Positions 31,916 through 42,870 of a DNA stretch of 64,000 nucleotides are shown in pieces (within the stretch, counting starts at the first letter, position 1; the number at the start of each line of letters is the position of its first letter). The DNA lies in assembly GCA_963792965.1 (NCBI GenBank), contig CAWBYW010000013.1, positions 96,001-160,000 on the forward strand. Reading direction: 5' to 3'. The notes beneath the pieces are model-generated. The model searched no databases. It worked only from the letters and a program-made list of their open reading frames with translations, and was not told where the DNA came from. The translations under genes were made by a program, and so were the position numbers. Source of the stretch: an uncultured delta proteobacterium (GTDB lineage Bacteria > Desulfobacterota > Zymogenia > Zymogenales > Zymogenaceae).

Positions 31916-33415
31916 ATGAAAAAGTATGTTTTTTTGTTCTTGGTCTTGCTCATCGGGGTTCAGGCATTCGCCATAGAGTGGGAGGATCCTACATTCACGA
32001 GAGCCGTTCAGGGCTGGGAAAACCCGGTCTGGTTAGCGGATGTACATGCCAAGACGATATACACCTACTACAAGGCGATGTTCGGCCCGGGAGAGGTAAA
32101 GCTCCTCAGTCCGCTGCCGGGCAACCCCACCGGCTTTTTTTCCGACGAGAACAGGACATTCTACGGGCACCGGGCCTATCTCGGCTATCTGATGCCGCTG
32201 GGTTCCGATAGTAATCTTGGTGTCTTTGTGACCCATAACTTCTGGATGACCGACGGCGATGGTGAAATAACGCACCTGTTTGCGAGCGGCGACTTCTATA
32301 AACAGGACACCACGACCGAGGCGTTTACGAACAGGGAGAATCTCGACATTATTTACAACAAGGACCTGTCAAGTACGGTAGTCCTCGGGCTGGCCTTCAA
32401 CTACTATAACGACTATTTCATCTACGATGCGACCTACAACACAACGTCTTTCTTGGGCGTCGGCCCGAGAGACCTCGACTTCACGGGGACAAAGGATAAG
32501 AACTTCTTCGGGGCGACCGTGGGGCTGGGGTGGACCCCGACCGCTTCGTTCAACCTCGATGTCGCACTCGAAGCGGGCGGGTTTTCCGGCATAAGGAACT
32601 ATGAAGAGACCCGGTTTAACTACGTCGGGACCGGCGAGACCGGTCATTTTAACAACGACGGCAACTATGACGGACTTCGACTTAAGCTTAAGACCGACGG
32701 CCACTACCGCATTAACGATAACTGGCGAATCCCCTTCGGTGCTTCGTACACGTACGGTCACGAATGGGACGCGTACGAGGGCCTGGGGGTCTTTACTCCA
32801 GCCGATGTCCCTTACTTCAGGGAGGATGACAGGGCGTTCCGCTACCACGAGGCAGAGGTGGACGCGGGAGTTGAGTATTTGCCGAGAGGAAACTGGGATA
32901 TCATCGTGCCCTTACTGTTCGGGTATATTTATGATAACGACGACTATCCCGAAACCCTCATAACGGATTACAGGGCGCTTCCCGGAGGAACACTCTCTGA
33001 TCGGTTTACCGATGTAGAATTCAATAATCACACGTTAGGCGTGTCGACCGGGATCGTCTTCCCTCTCTGCAGAGACCTGAAGATGGAGACGTTGCTCAGG
33101 TATCGCTACACCTTCGTCAACACTACTGCTCAGGCGATCATCCATAGCAATGGAGTCCTGGTCAGCGACGCTACGATCACCAAACCGGGCCACACGCAGG
33201 CGCTGGACGGTATAATCGGCCTGGACTATTCGCGGACACTAAAGAATTCCAATGTCCTAAGCGTTGACCTTTTCGGCACGATCCCGATCCTCAACGAGGC
33301 CGACTACACCACTTCAGTTCCCGACAGCGACGACAGCTTCCCGCAAGGATCGGTCCGAGAGACCTCGTCCAACCGCGAGTACTCGATCTTCCTTGGGATA
33401 TCCTACAGCTTCTGA
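31916..33415 (+). CDS. Outer-membrane beta-barrel protein of unknown family
   Basis: Signal peptide ending AFA; Y/F/G/D/N/T-rich amphipathic strands; C-terminal beta-signal IFLGISYSF. Confidence 0.78.
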   Translation: MKKYVFLFLVLLIGVQAFAIEWEDPTFTRAVQGWENPVWLADVHAKTIYTYYKAMFGPGEVKLLSPLPGNPTGFFSDENRTFYGHRAYLGYLMPLGSDSNLGVFVTHNFWMTDGDGEITHLFASGDFYKQDTTTEAFTNRENLDIIYNKDLSSTVVLGLAFNYYNDYFIYDATYNTTSFLGVGPRDLDFTGTKDKNFFGATVGLGWTPTASFNLDVALEAGGFSGIRNYEETRFNYVGTGETGHFNNDGNYDGLRLKLKTDGHYRINDNWRIPFGASYTYGHEWDAYEGLGVFTPADVPYFREDDRAFRYHEAEVDAGVEYLPRGNWDIIVPLLFGYIYDNDDYPETLITDYRALPGGTLSDRFTDVEFNNHTLGVSTGIVFPLCRDLKMETLLRYRYTFVNTTAQAIIHSNGVLVSDATITKPGHTQALDGIIGLDYSRTLKNSNVLSVDLFGTIPILNEADYTTSVPDSDDSFPQGSVRETSSNREYSIFLGISYSF

Positions 33416-33499
33416 TAGGGCCGGGAAAGGGGTAACGGCCAGGCCGTATCCCTGAGGCGTGAACGAACATGACAGCTGGAAGATAGATACCATGAGATT

Positions 33500-33547
33500 T
33501 CCCCGCGCCGGTAAGCGCCCGGCGCGGGGGGATTCTTCACCTTTTTG
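33500..33547 (+). terminator. Probable terminator
   Basis: CCCCGCGCCGG-7 nt-CCGGCGCGGGG followed by a pyrimidine-rich tail. Confidence 0.6.
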
Positions 33548-33669
33548 ATGAGAGATTCATACCGTCATTCCGCCTTGGTCCGAGCGGGGAATCATATCAA
33601 TTATTTTTATTCTTTTTCCTCCGTACCCGAATATATAGCGGGCCGACGAGCCCGAAAACACCACGATCG

Positions 33670-34515
33670 ATGAGGGGAGACATGTCAGCGTCGAATAGAA
33701 GCAGTGAATTCAAGAATAGGGACAATTCGTGCCGGGTCGTTGATTCCGGCGCCGATGAGGGCGTCACGGTGCTGACGCTCACACGCGAGCGGCCTGACTT
33801 CCTGGAGCGCGCCATCCGATCGGTCAGCCGACAGCGCTGCGAGGTACCCGTGCGCCATCTCGTCTTGGTGGACGACTGCCTCAGGACGAAGGAGTCGCTG
33901 GCGCGCCAACGAGAGCTCCCGCCTCACGTGACGTGGGAATACATACCGCGCCCGGAGGGGACGGTCTCCGGGCAGGGACGGGCGGCGTTTTTGCGCAACC
34001 TTGGCGTCAGGATGGTAGGGTCGAAGTGGGTGGCCTTCCTTGACGACGACAACGAGTTCGAGCGCGATCACCTCCAACACCTCATGGCGTGCATGCGGGA
34101 GTCGGGCTGCCGAGCGGTCCACTCGTGGCTCAAGATCTATTACCGCGACGGCCGGCCGTTCGTGGAGGAGCGGGACCCCTGGACGCAGGATCCCGTGGAA
34201 AGCAGGGATGTGTTCAAACGGATGGTAGAAAAGGGGGTGCGGATACCCGGTTCAAACATCTATATGAACGACATCGACACCATCGACAATGTCGATCCGT
34301 CCATCTTCGTGGATACCAACGAGTGGTTGCTGGACCGGGGGCTGCTCCTTGAGGTCCCGTTTCCCGAGCACTATTCGGAGCACGATCTCACGCGGATGAT
34401 CACTGAGGACCACAAGTTCTTCTCCGAGCTGGTGAGCAACAGGATCTGCATCTCCTGCTCGCGGCAGCCGACGGTAAGGTATTACCTCGGGGGTTATTCA
34501 AATCGGATTGAATGA
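33670..34515 (+). CDS. Stand-alone GT2/GT-A glycosyltransferase
   Basis: RAIRSVSRQ, LVDD, RNLG, VAFLDDDN, ED motif (ITEDHKF). Confidence 0.8.
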   Translation: MRGDMSASNRSSEFKNRDNSCRVVDSGADEGVTVLTLTRERPDFLERAIRSVSRQRCEVPVRHLVLVDDCLRTKESLARQRELPPHVTWEYIPRPEGTVSGQGRAAFLRNLGVRMVGSKWVAFLDDDNEFERDHLQHLMACMRESGCRAVHSWLKIYYRDGRPFVEERDPWTQDPVESRDVFKRMVEKGVRIPGSNIYMNDIDTIDNVDPSIFVDTNEWLLDRGLLLEVPFPEHYSEHDLTRMITEDHKFFSELVSNRICISCSRQPTVRYYLGGYSNRIE

Positions 34516-34583
34516 GACGCGCCCGGGCTACCTTAATTCGTGGGTTGTGGGGGGAAGCAAGGCCGCTCGGCCGTCGGCGGTCG

Positions 34584-36719
34584 TCATGGTTTCTTGGCGA
34601 TCATGTGACCGTAGAATTTCTTTACGTATTGTTTCACCATTCGGCGGGAGGTGAAACGCGGACAGTTGCTTTTTATTGATTCTTTCATTATCCTGACCCA
34701 GCCGTGGGGGACGCCGTCTTCCGACACGTCATAATAGAGCGGGACAATTTCCTGTTCGAGGATGCTATAAAGTGCCTTTGCGTCGGCCGCGTCTCTGTCG
34801 TCATGGCCATTGGGCGAGTCGATGGCCCATCCGTTCCTTCCCGTATACCCCTCCGCCCACCAGCCATCCAGGATACTTAAATGAGGGACGCCGTTCACCG
34901 CGGCCTTCATCCCACTGGTCCCGCAGGCTTCCATGGGAGGTATGGGATTATTCAACCATACGTCTACCCCATGCGTCATATACTGCGCAAATCTCGCTCC
35001 ATAATCCTCGATGAAGGCAACTCGTCCCCCAAAGCTCGAATCGCACGCGCTGGCATAGACCCTTTGCAGGATACGTTTTCCGTCGTCATCCAACGGGTGT
35101 GCCTTTCCCGCAAAGATTATTTGTATGGGCCTCCATCGGTTATTCAGGAGCGCTCTTATCCTCTCCAGATCGTGGAGGATAAGATCACCGCGTTTATACG
35201 TGGCAAAGCGTCGCGCAAATCCGATCGTAAACACCGTTGGATCAAGCAGGGTTCCTCCCGCCAAGACCTGGCACGGGTTGACGTGTTCGTCCGCCCAGTG
35301 CCGTCGCGCGCTCTCCCTGATGATGTTGATTAATTTCATCTTAAGCGAAGAGTGGAGATTCCACAGCTCCTCATCGGGAATATCATCAATGAGCCCTATA
35401 AGATCGGGATTATCGTGATCTGACACCCAATCTTTGCCGAGATACTTTCCAAACAAGAGCTCCATTTTCGGCTCTATCCAGGTGGGGATATGGACGCCGT
35501 TGGTAACGTGATCGATGGGCACCCTTTCTTCCGGGATCTCGGGCCACAGGCTGTGCCACATGCTCCGGGCTACTTCGCCATGCCGTTTACTCACCGCGTT
35601 GTGATATCCGGAGAGCCTGAAGGCCAGCGCCGTCATATTGAAGCCTGAATCCGGATGCTCGGGATTGGTCCCCATTTTGAGAAACGTGTCCCAGTCCAGT
35701 CCGAGGTCCGGAACGTAGTCACGGAGGTATTTTTTTACGAGATCAAAGGAAAACACATCATGGCCCGCCGAAACGGGGGTATGTGTCGTAAAGAGTGATG
35801 TCTTCCTAACCTCGTCGGAGGCTTCCTCGAAGCTACGTCCCTCTAAGACGCCTTCCCTGATCCTTTCCAGAAGCGAGAAGGCGGCGTGCCCCTCGTTTAG
35901 ATGGAGTACGCGGGGCTTGATTCCCAGGCTTGAAAGAACATGATAGCCGCCGATGCCCAGGACGATCTCCTGGCGGAGCCTCTGCTCGCTATCTGCGACG
36001 TAGAGATGCTCGGAGATCGTCCGATTTTCCGGCTCATTTTCTTCGATATCCGTATCCATGAGGAACAGGGGAATCCGGCCGACATCCAGCCGGCATACGG
36101 CGACGTACATCGGTGGCTCGATGCAAGGCAACTGAATGATTACCTGCTTTCCGTCCCGGCCTACTACCCTGAAGTTCATCGCCTCGTCGCAATCCAGTAT
36201 TTGGTCCAGGTTTTGTTGCCACCCGTCCTCTCTGATCATCTGCCGAAAGTACCCCTTGGGATACATGAAGCCGATCGCGACCAGGGGAAGGTTCAGGTCG
36301 CTCGATTCCTTGAGGTAGTCTCCGGCCAGGAACCCGAGCCCGCCGGCATATGAGGACATGAAGTGGTGCAGGCCGTACTCTGCGGAAAAAAAGGCGATCG
36401 TACCGACATGAGAATCGATAAGAGATTGATCGATCGGCGGGCGATCTTGGGCGAGATATGCCCTGAAACGAGAGAGCACACTGTCATACTGTTTGAGATA
36501 ATGGGGATCGGCGGCCGCAGACTCCAACGCCCAGACGGGAGTTTCGGTGAGCATCTTCACCGGATCGTGGGCGCTCTCCTCCCAGACCCGCTGATCGATT
36601 GTCCTGAAAAGCATGCGCGCTTCGGGATGCCAGCTCCACCACAGATTTGTCGCCAATTCTTCCAGGCCGACCAGGCGTTCCGGAAGATTGAGGAAGATTT
36701 TCGGTGTCACCCGTGCCAT
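34584..36719 (-). CDS. glgP: Alpha-glucan (glycogen/maltodextrin) phosphorylase
   Basis: NLWWSW, YAGGLGFLAGD, HLNEGH, FARRFATYKR, EACGTSGMKA (PLP lysine). Confidence 0.96.
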   Translation of the reverse strand: MARVTPKIFLNLPERLVGLEELATNLWWSWHPEARMLFRTIDQRVWEESAHDPVKMLTETPVWALESAAADPHYLKQYDSVLSRFRAYLAQDRPPIDQSLIDSHVGTIAFFSAEYGLHHFMSSYAGGLGFLAGDYLKESSDLNLPLVAIGFMYPKGYFRQMIREDGWQQNLDQILDCDEAMNFRVVGRDGKQVIIQLPCIEPPMYVAVCRLDVGRIPLFLMDTDIEENEPENRTISEHLYVADSEQRLRQEIVLGIGGYHVLSSLGIKPRVLHLNEGHAAFSLLERIREGVLEGRSFEEASDEVRKTSLFTTHTPVSAGHDVFSFDLVKKYLRDYVPDLGLDWDTFLKMGTNPEHPDSGFNMTALAFRLSGYHNAVSKRHGEVARSMWHSLWPEIPEERVPIDHVTNGVHIPTWIEPKMELLFGKYLGKDWVSDHDNPDLIGLIDDIPDEELWNLHSSLKMKLINIIRESARRHWADEHVNPCQVLAGGTLLDPTVFTIGFARRFATYKRGDLILHDLERIRALLNNRWRPIQIIFAGKAHPLDDDGKRILQRVYASACDSSFGGRVAFIEDYGARFAQYMTHGVDVWLNNPIPPMEACGTSGMKAAVNGVPHLSILDGWWAEGYTGRNGWAIDSPNGHDDRDAADAKALYSILEQEIVPLYYDVSEDGVPHGWVRIMKESIKSNCPRFTSRRMVKQYVKKFYGHMIAKKP

Positions 36720-36751
36720 GGGTCGTCCTTAATTAAGAAAACTTTCCGGCC

Positions 36752-36780
36752 AGTATAATAGGAGACCCATCCATTGTCAA
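36752..36780 (-). promoter_or_regulatory. Sigma70-type promoter for glgP
   Basis: Minus strand TTGACA-17 nt-TATACT. Confidence 0.75.
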
Positions 36781-36822
36781 CAAAACAGGAACAGAGAGAT
36801 ATTGGAAATAAGGATGACGGGC

Positions 36823-36851
36823 TTGCTTTGGGGCATATGACATGGTAAAAT
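36823..36851 (+). promoter_or_regulatory. Sigma70-type promoter for the GT2-GH26 operon
   Basis: TTGCTT-17 nt-TAAAAT with TG extended -10. Confidence 0.55.
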
Positions 36852-36920
36852 ATTATCTATTACTTTCTCAGTTCTGACTGTGCCGTACGTTTCTCTCAGT
36901 AGAAGGATGGGATACTACTC

Positions 36921-39187
36921 ATGTATACATTTTTCGTTCAGCTCATAGATCTCTTTCGCTACGGGAATCTTCACTATTTCGTCCTATTCTTCCTGTGGGT
37001 ATGGTTTGTCTGGTTCATGAGGGCGGTCCCTTCCGTCAGGTACCGTCCCGTCACCAAGCCGCACGACGAATCGGTCACGGTCCTTATACCGGTATGCGAC
37101 GAACCCGAGGAACTCTTCGATGAGGTCATCGGTCGCATCGTTCGTCAGTCCCCTTTGCAGGTTATCGTTATAATCAACGGCCCCCGGAATATCAAACTCG
37201 AGAACGTCTGCAAGAAATACCCTCTCGTGTCGGTCATCTGGACGACGGAAGCGGGAAAAAGAAATGCGCTGAAGCTCGGCCTCGAAAAAGCCGAAGGCGA
37301 TATCTGCTTTCTGGTGGACAGCGACACACTCTGGGAAAAACATGTGCTTACCGAGCTCGTCAAGCCGTTTGCAGATCCGAAGGTCGGGGGAGTAACCACC
37401 CGTCAGCGAATTGATCGGCCGGGACGCTCGCTCATCACCGCCATCGCCGACTGGCTCGAGGATGTTCGGGGGGCGCTCTCGATGCGATCGATGTCGGTAT
37501 TCGGCACGGTCGGCTGCCTCCCCGGCAGGACGATCGCCTTTAGAACCGAGATACTCAGGAAGGCGGTTCCGCTGTTCCTCGATGAGAAGTTCCTTGGGGT
37601 TCACCTTGAGATCAGCGACGATCGGGCCCTGACCAACTATACGCTTCGCTTCGGCTATAAGACCGTCTACCAATCAACGGCACTGGTATATACGGACGCG
37701 CCGACAAGATGGTCTCGCTATCTTCGGCAGCAGAAGAGATGGTCGGAAGGCTCACAGTATAATACGCTGAAGATGATGCCCTGGATGATCAGGAACACGA
37801 AGTACCTCGCGTTCCTCTATTTTAGCGAGATTATTACTCCTTTCTTCCTCATCGGCGTTTTAGTCAACGCCTTCCATCGGATCTTCACGGGCGCCGAGTA
37901 TTCCTCGATTTACAACAACCCCTGGTTTCAATTATTCGACCTCCAGATCATGCTCATCTTTCTGGGGGCGATCACGAGCATCGGCATCAGGCAGTACAAA
38001 CACCTGAAGGAAAAACCGACGGACATCTTAATCCTCCCTATCTTCATAGCGATCCTGACGTTTCTCCTCACGCCGGTCCGGATCTGGGGTTTTTTTGTCA
38101 TGGCGCTCAAAGATACGTGGGGAACGCGATCCGGCGAATGCTCGGTGAAAGAGGAGGCAAAGAGCTCGTTCAATCCCTGGGGACTCATCCCGTTCCTGCT
38201 CGGCGGCCTGTTCCTGGTAGGATTTATCGGCCTGGGACCTGTTGTGGAAGGGAGGGCGATATACTACCGGGAGATGCCGCGGTTTGAATCCAGCCGTCTC
38301 CTCTCGGAGTCTATACGTTTACTAAGCCGATCGAGGAGCGCGAGCGTGAGGTGGGGGTCAGATTTAACCATGTTCTTCTGTATCAGGACATCAGAAGCAT
38401 AAACTATAACGTCGTCAGGAGCTACCTGGATAAGGGATACGATGTCATACTGAACGTGACCTTCTTTGACGATCACGCCAACCTAAAAGACATCCGTGAC
38501 GGTGCCTACGACAAGTATCTCGTTGACCTTGCCGAAGAAATAAAAAAGGACGGCAGGCCGATATGGCTCAGGACCCTCCACGAGTTTAACGGGCACTGGT
38601 ATAATTGGGCAGTCCTCTATCGGGGGAATTCGAGAGAGGATTTCATTCCCGCATGGAGGCATATTGTAACGATATTCAGGGAAAGACAGGCCCCGGTGAA
38701 GGTGCAGATAAACTATAACCGGCTCAACGGATACGATAAAATAAGAAAAGTGAACGACACGACGCCCTTTATCGATCTTTATCCGGGAGACGACTGGGTC
38801 GATATGGTGGTGATCACGACGTATAATCGGGCCTATACCGATCCCTATCATCAGTATTGGAGGGATTTCAACGACGAGTTTGAGAACGCATATGACCAGG
38901 TCCTGGCGATGACGGACAGGCCTGTGGGGATCGCAGAAATGGGCACGACGAGCTACGGGGGCGATAAGCCCACCTGGATCGTCGATGCTTTTATTTACAT
39001 AAAACACAAGTATACGAAGATCTCTCAGGTGACGTGGTTTCTCTACAACAGGCCGGAACAGGGAGTCGTCTGGGATTGGGACTTGAACAGCGAAAAGGAC
39101 GTCGAGGCGTTCAGAGAAGGGATATTGATACTGGAAAAGAGACACCATCCCTCTCTCACGGGGGATATCCGCGGGCATGATCGATGA
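36921..39187 (+). CDS. Processive membrane GT2 (hyaluronan/chitin synthase-like) apparently fused to a C-terminal GH26 domain; frameshift near 38300
   Basis: GKRNAL, VDSD, CLPGR, SDDR, QQKRW and TM helices. The second frame reads LGVY...VRFNH...RTLHEFNG...GIAEMG and has no signal peptide of its own. Confidence 0.8.
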
Positions 39188-39318
39188 GAGTACCTTCGGG
39201 CATTCCTCGGCCGTCCGGGAGGGGTCGGGAGGGGTTCGGAGTACCTGTTAAGGCGGACGCTCCTCGTGGTGCAGAAGGGTCAATTGTGTTGTTGAAGCAT
39301 ATTCGATGGGGGGCTTAG

Positions 39319-40293
39319 ATGGCAAGAATTAGATACGATCTTTTTTTTGCGACCTTGATCATGCTCATGACGTTATTGACGTTATACGCAAATGCCGGAG
39401 AGACGCAGGAGAAGAGATCTCTCTCGCGGTTCTCATCAAAGACCATCTCCCTTGGAGTGTACCCCGGCCAGTCTTCTCTCTCCGATATTGAGAACCTGGT
39501 CGACAAGCGCTTCAACCATGTCCTCGTTTTCGAGGAGGTCAAGGATCTCCAATACTATAAGGTACAAAAGTATCTCGATCACGGATATGACGTGATTTTG
39601 TGCATAACCTTCACGGCTGATCATGCGAACCTGAAAGAGATCAGAGATGGAAAATACGACAAGTATCTGAGGACCCTTGCCGACAAGATCGTCAAAGACG
39701 GGAGGATCGTATGGCTGCGCCCGCTCCACGAATTCAACGGGAATTGGGATAACTGGGACGTCTTGTTTCCGGGGAACAAGAAGGAGGATTTTATCCCGGC
39801 GTGGAAGCGCGTCGTTTCCATCTTCAGGGAAAAGAAGGCGCCGGTCAAGTTTCAGCTCAACTATAACAGGATCAATGGGCTCAATAGCTCGCTCGGGCAA
39901 ACGGACACAATGCCGTTCTCAGAGCTCTATCCGGGGGACGACTGGGTCGATATGGTGGTGGTCAGCTGCTATAACCGATCTGGCTCCGATATTTATCATA
40001 CGACCTGGATGACCTTCGAGGAACAGTTCAATGATCCTTATAAGCAGGTGATCGCCTTGACAAAAAAGCCGATCGGAGTCGCCGAGATCGGCTCCACCAG
40101 CTACGGGGGCGATAAGCCGCAATGGATTATCGACGCTTTTACCTCGTTCAAGACGAAGTTTGGCAGGGTGCAGATGATCACGTGGTTTCTTTACAACAGG
40201 AAGTTCGGCGACAAGATCCTCGATTGGGCCCTCAACACGCCGGCCGACGTGCAGGCCTTCAAGACCGGGATGTCTATTCTGAGCGACAAATGA
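39319..40293 (+). CDS. GH26 glycoside hydrolase, secreted
   Basis: Signal peptide (ANA-G); RPLHEFNGNW, YPGDDWVD, GVAEIG, ITWF. Confidence 0.88.
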   Translation: MARIRYDLFFATLIMLMTLLTLYANAGETQEKRSLSRFSSKTISLGVYPGQSSLSDIENLVDKRFNHVLVFEEVKDLQYYKVQKYLDHGYDVILCITFTADHANLKEIRDGKYDKYLRTLADKIVKDGRIVWLRPLHEFNGNWDNWDVLFPGNKKEDFIPAWKRVVSIFREKKAPVKFQLNYNRINGLNSSLGQTDTMPFSELYPGDDWVDMVVVSCYNRSGSDIYHTTWMTFEEQFNDPYKQVIALTKKPIGVAEIGSTSYGGDKPQWIIDAFTSFKTKFGRVQMITWFLYNRKFGDKILDWALNTPADVQAFKTGMSILSDK

Positions 40294-41300
40294 CGACTTT
40301 AAAGCGCTCCGCATATCCGGCGGTCATATGGGCCGCGATCACCGGCCTTCTCCTCGCCGTCTCTTCGTGCCATACTCTTAACCAGTCGTCCCTGGTGAGA
40401 ATCGGGGATTTTTCCGGTCTTCCCACCTTCCAGGCCGATGACATCTCGCTGGGGGTCTATCCCGGAAGATACTCGGTCCAGGAGTATGAAAGAAGGCTGG
40501 GCGTCAGATTCAACCATGTCCTTCTCTTCCAGAATATCAGGGAGGTGAAGTACAAGAACGTCAGAAAATACCTCGATACCGGGCACGACGTGATACTGAC
40601 GATCACATTTCCCGAGGACCACCCCAACCTGAGAAAGATTCGCGACGGTGCTTACGACAGCTATCTCATCGCCCTCGCCGATGAAACCGTACGGGACAAA
40701 AGGCAGATTTGGCTGCGCCCACTCCATGAGTTCAACGGCAACTGGGACAACTGGGATATGTTCTATAAAGGGAACAACCCCGCCGATTTCCTGCCGGCGT
40801 GGAAACATATCGTCACCATATTTCGAGAGAGAAACGCCCCGGTGAAATTTCAGCTGAATTTCAGCCGGGTCAACGTCGCGTGGCCGATAAACAGGACACC
40901 GTTTAAAGAGTTCTACCCCGGGGACGAGTGGGTCGATATGGCGGCAATCAGTTGCTACAATAGGGGAGGAACCGATAAGTACCATAAGTTCTGGGTTACC
41001 TTCGAAGACTATTTTGATTATCCGTATAACCAGTCACTGATGATGACCGATAAGCCGATCGGCGTGGCGGAGATCGGTACCACTAACTACGGGGGCAATA
41101 AGCCGCAATGGATCATCGACGCCTTCACCTCACTTGGGACGAAATTTACGAGGGTGACAATGGTCACTTGGTTTCTTTATAACAGACCCCTTAATAACGC
41201 GGTCTTTAACTGGGACTTGAATACCGATGAGGATTTTGCCGCGTTCAAGAAGGGAATGGAGATACTCAAAGAGAAAAGATCTGACTCCGCGAATAAATGA
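40290..41300 (+). CDS. GH26 glycoside hydrolase, putative lipoprotein
   Basis: ATGA overlap with the previous gene; lipobox-like LLAVSSC; RPLHEFNG, YPGDEWVD, GVAEIG. Confidence 0.87.
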   Translation: MTTLKRSAYPAVIWAAITGLLLAVSSCHTLNQSSLVRIGDFSGLPTFQADDISLGVYPGRYSVQEYERRLGVRFNHVLLFQNIREVKYKNVRKYLDTGHDVILTITFPEDHPNLRKIRDGAYDSYLIALADETVRDKRQIWLRPLHEFNGNWDNWDMFYKGNNPADFLPAWKHIVTIFRERNAPVKFQLNFSRVNVAWPINRTPFKEFYPGDEWVDMAAISCYNRGGTDKYHKFWVTFEDYFDYPYNQSLMMTDKPIGVAEIGTTNYGGNKPQWIIDAFTSLGTKFTRVTMVTWFLYNRPLNNAVFNWDLNTDEDFAAFKKGMEILKEKRSDSANK

Positions 41301-41348
41301 ACTAATATTCAGGCATCATAGATGATCACGGGAGGAAGATAAAAGACC

Positions 41349-42458
41349 ATGAACACACATATCACGAGTAAATGGGGAGGAAGACCTGACACTGAAGACG
41401 GATTCGCGGTGGGATCGGGCGTATTGGAGGGGGCGCTGAGCCGGATCGAGACCATAACACGCCGCATGCGGCGTACCGTCGGGTTGATTCGAGGGAGTGT
41501 GATTCTTATGGCGCTGACGATCATTTTCGTATCGCCCTTGGCGGCCTTTGCGCATGAGCTTGATCAGATACCGCTCGGGAGCAAACGGATGACCACGTTC
41601 AATCCGTCCGTTTTCTCCTTAGGGGTCTACCCGGGGGGCTGTTCCATCGAGGAATACGAGCACAAGCTGGACGTGAGGTTTAACCATATCCTCATGTTCC
41701 AGAACATCAATCATATCAACTACGCCAAGGTTCAGGAACAGCTTGACAAGGGGTATACCGTTGTCCTCACCTTAACCTTTCGCGAAAGCTATGCGAACCT
41801 GAAGGACGTCAGGGACGGAGCCTATGACGGCAAGCTCGAGGATCTGATAGATAAGATCAAGGCTGACGGGAGGGAGATCTGGATCCGTCCACTCCACGAA
41901 TTCAACGGGGACTGGGACAGCTGGGATGTATTCTACAGGGGTAACAGCACGGAGGATTTCATCCCGGCATGGAAGCACGTTGTTACCCTCTTTCGGGAGA
42001 AAAACGCCCCGGTGAAGTTCGAGATCGACTATAATCGCATCAACGCAAAAGAGATCAGTACGCCTTTTTCGGAGTTCTATCCAGGCGACGAGTGGGTGGA
42101 TATGGTGGTGATCAGCTGCTATAACCGCGCGTTTACCGACAGAGCCCATAACTCCTGGAGATCTTTCAGGGATCAGTTCAGGGAAGCCTATGATCAGGTT
42201 ACGGGCATGACTCAAAAACCCGTTGGGATCGCGGAGCTGGGCTCGGTGAGCAACGGCGGGGACAAGCCGCAGTGGATCATAGACGCGTTTATGTCGATCT
42301 ATTCCGAATTTACGAGGGTACGGGAGATCAGCTGGTTCTTTAATAACAAGAAGTTCAGCGACAGAGTCTGCGATTGGGACCTGAATACCCCCGAGGAGAT
42401 AGCCGCCTTCAAGCAGGCGGTCTCGATTCTCCTGAAAGGGCAAGAGCGACCAAAATAG
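41349..42458 (+). CDS. GH26 glycoside hydrolase, secreted
   Basis: Hydrophobic segment ending AFA; RPLHEFNG, YPGDEWVD, GIAELG. Start may be 41466. Confidence 0.87.
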   Translation: MNTHITSKWGGRPDTEDGFAVGSGVLEGALSRIETITRRMRRTVGLIRGSVILMALTIIFVSPLAAFAHELDQIPLGSKRMTTFNPSVFSLGVYPGGCSIEEYEHKLDVRFNHILMFQNINHINYAKVQEQLDKGYTVVLTLTFRESYANLKDVRDGAYDGKLEDLIDKIKADGREIWIRPLHEFNGDWDSWDVFYRGNSTEDFIPAWKHVVTLFREKNAPVKFEIDYNRINAKEISTPFSEFYPGDEWVDMVVISCYNRAFTDRAHNSWRSFRDQFREAYDQVTGMTQKPVGIAELGSVSNGGDKPQWIIDAFMSIYSEFTRVREISWFFNNKKFSDRVCDWDLNTPEEIAAFKQAVSILLKGQERPK

Positions 42459-42870
42459 GGCAGGGAGGAGGCGACGTCGTCGGGAAGGGATTTCGTGTTC
42501 GGCCGGACGTTTTAGGTCTCGGGACTGTCCAAAGTAACGAGATTACCCGCAGAGAGGGCGGGGGAGTATTTTCTGGTCGGCCTAGGGTGGCGAATTGATC
42601 TTTTCGGGACTTGAAACCCGAAACGTCTGTATCCCGCTTTCCTCAGTCTGTTATCGTTTGGCCTGCCGTGGATGGCCTTCCGGGTATTACCTTACTCTCT
42701 TTCCCGAGTTTATTTTACCTCAAATCCTCACTTATAACTCGAACTTGCTCTCGGGGGGGCGGTCAGTGATCGTATCCGGTGAACGATTTTTTATTGTACG
42801 TTGTTTAAAATCCTGATAAATTGCCTATTTCATACTTTAATCCATCGGCCGTCATCGGACCGGACGTGAC

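Noticed and set aside
42459-42870. IS end or ncRNA in the 410-bp intergenic region
   Set aside because: No paired terminal inverted repeats or recognisable structure found.
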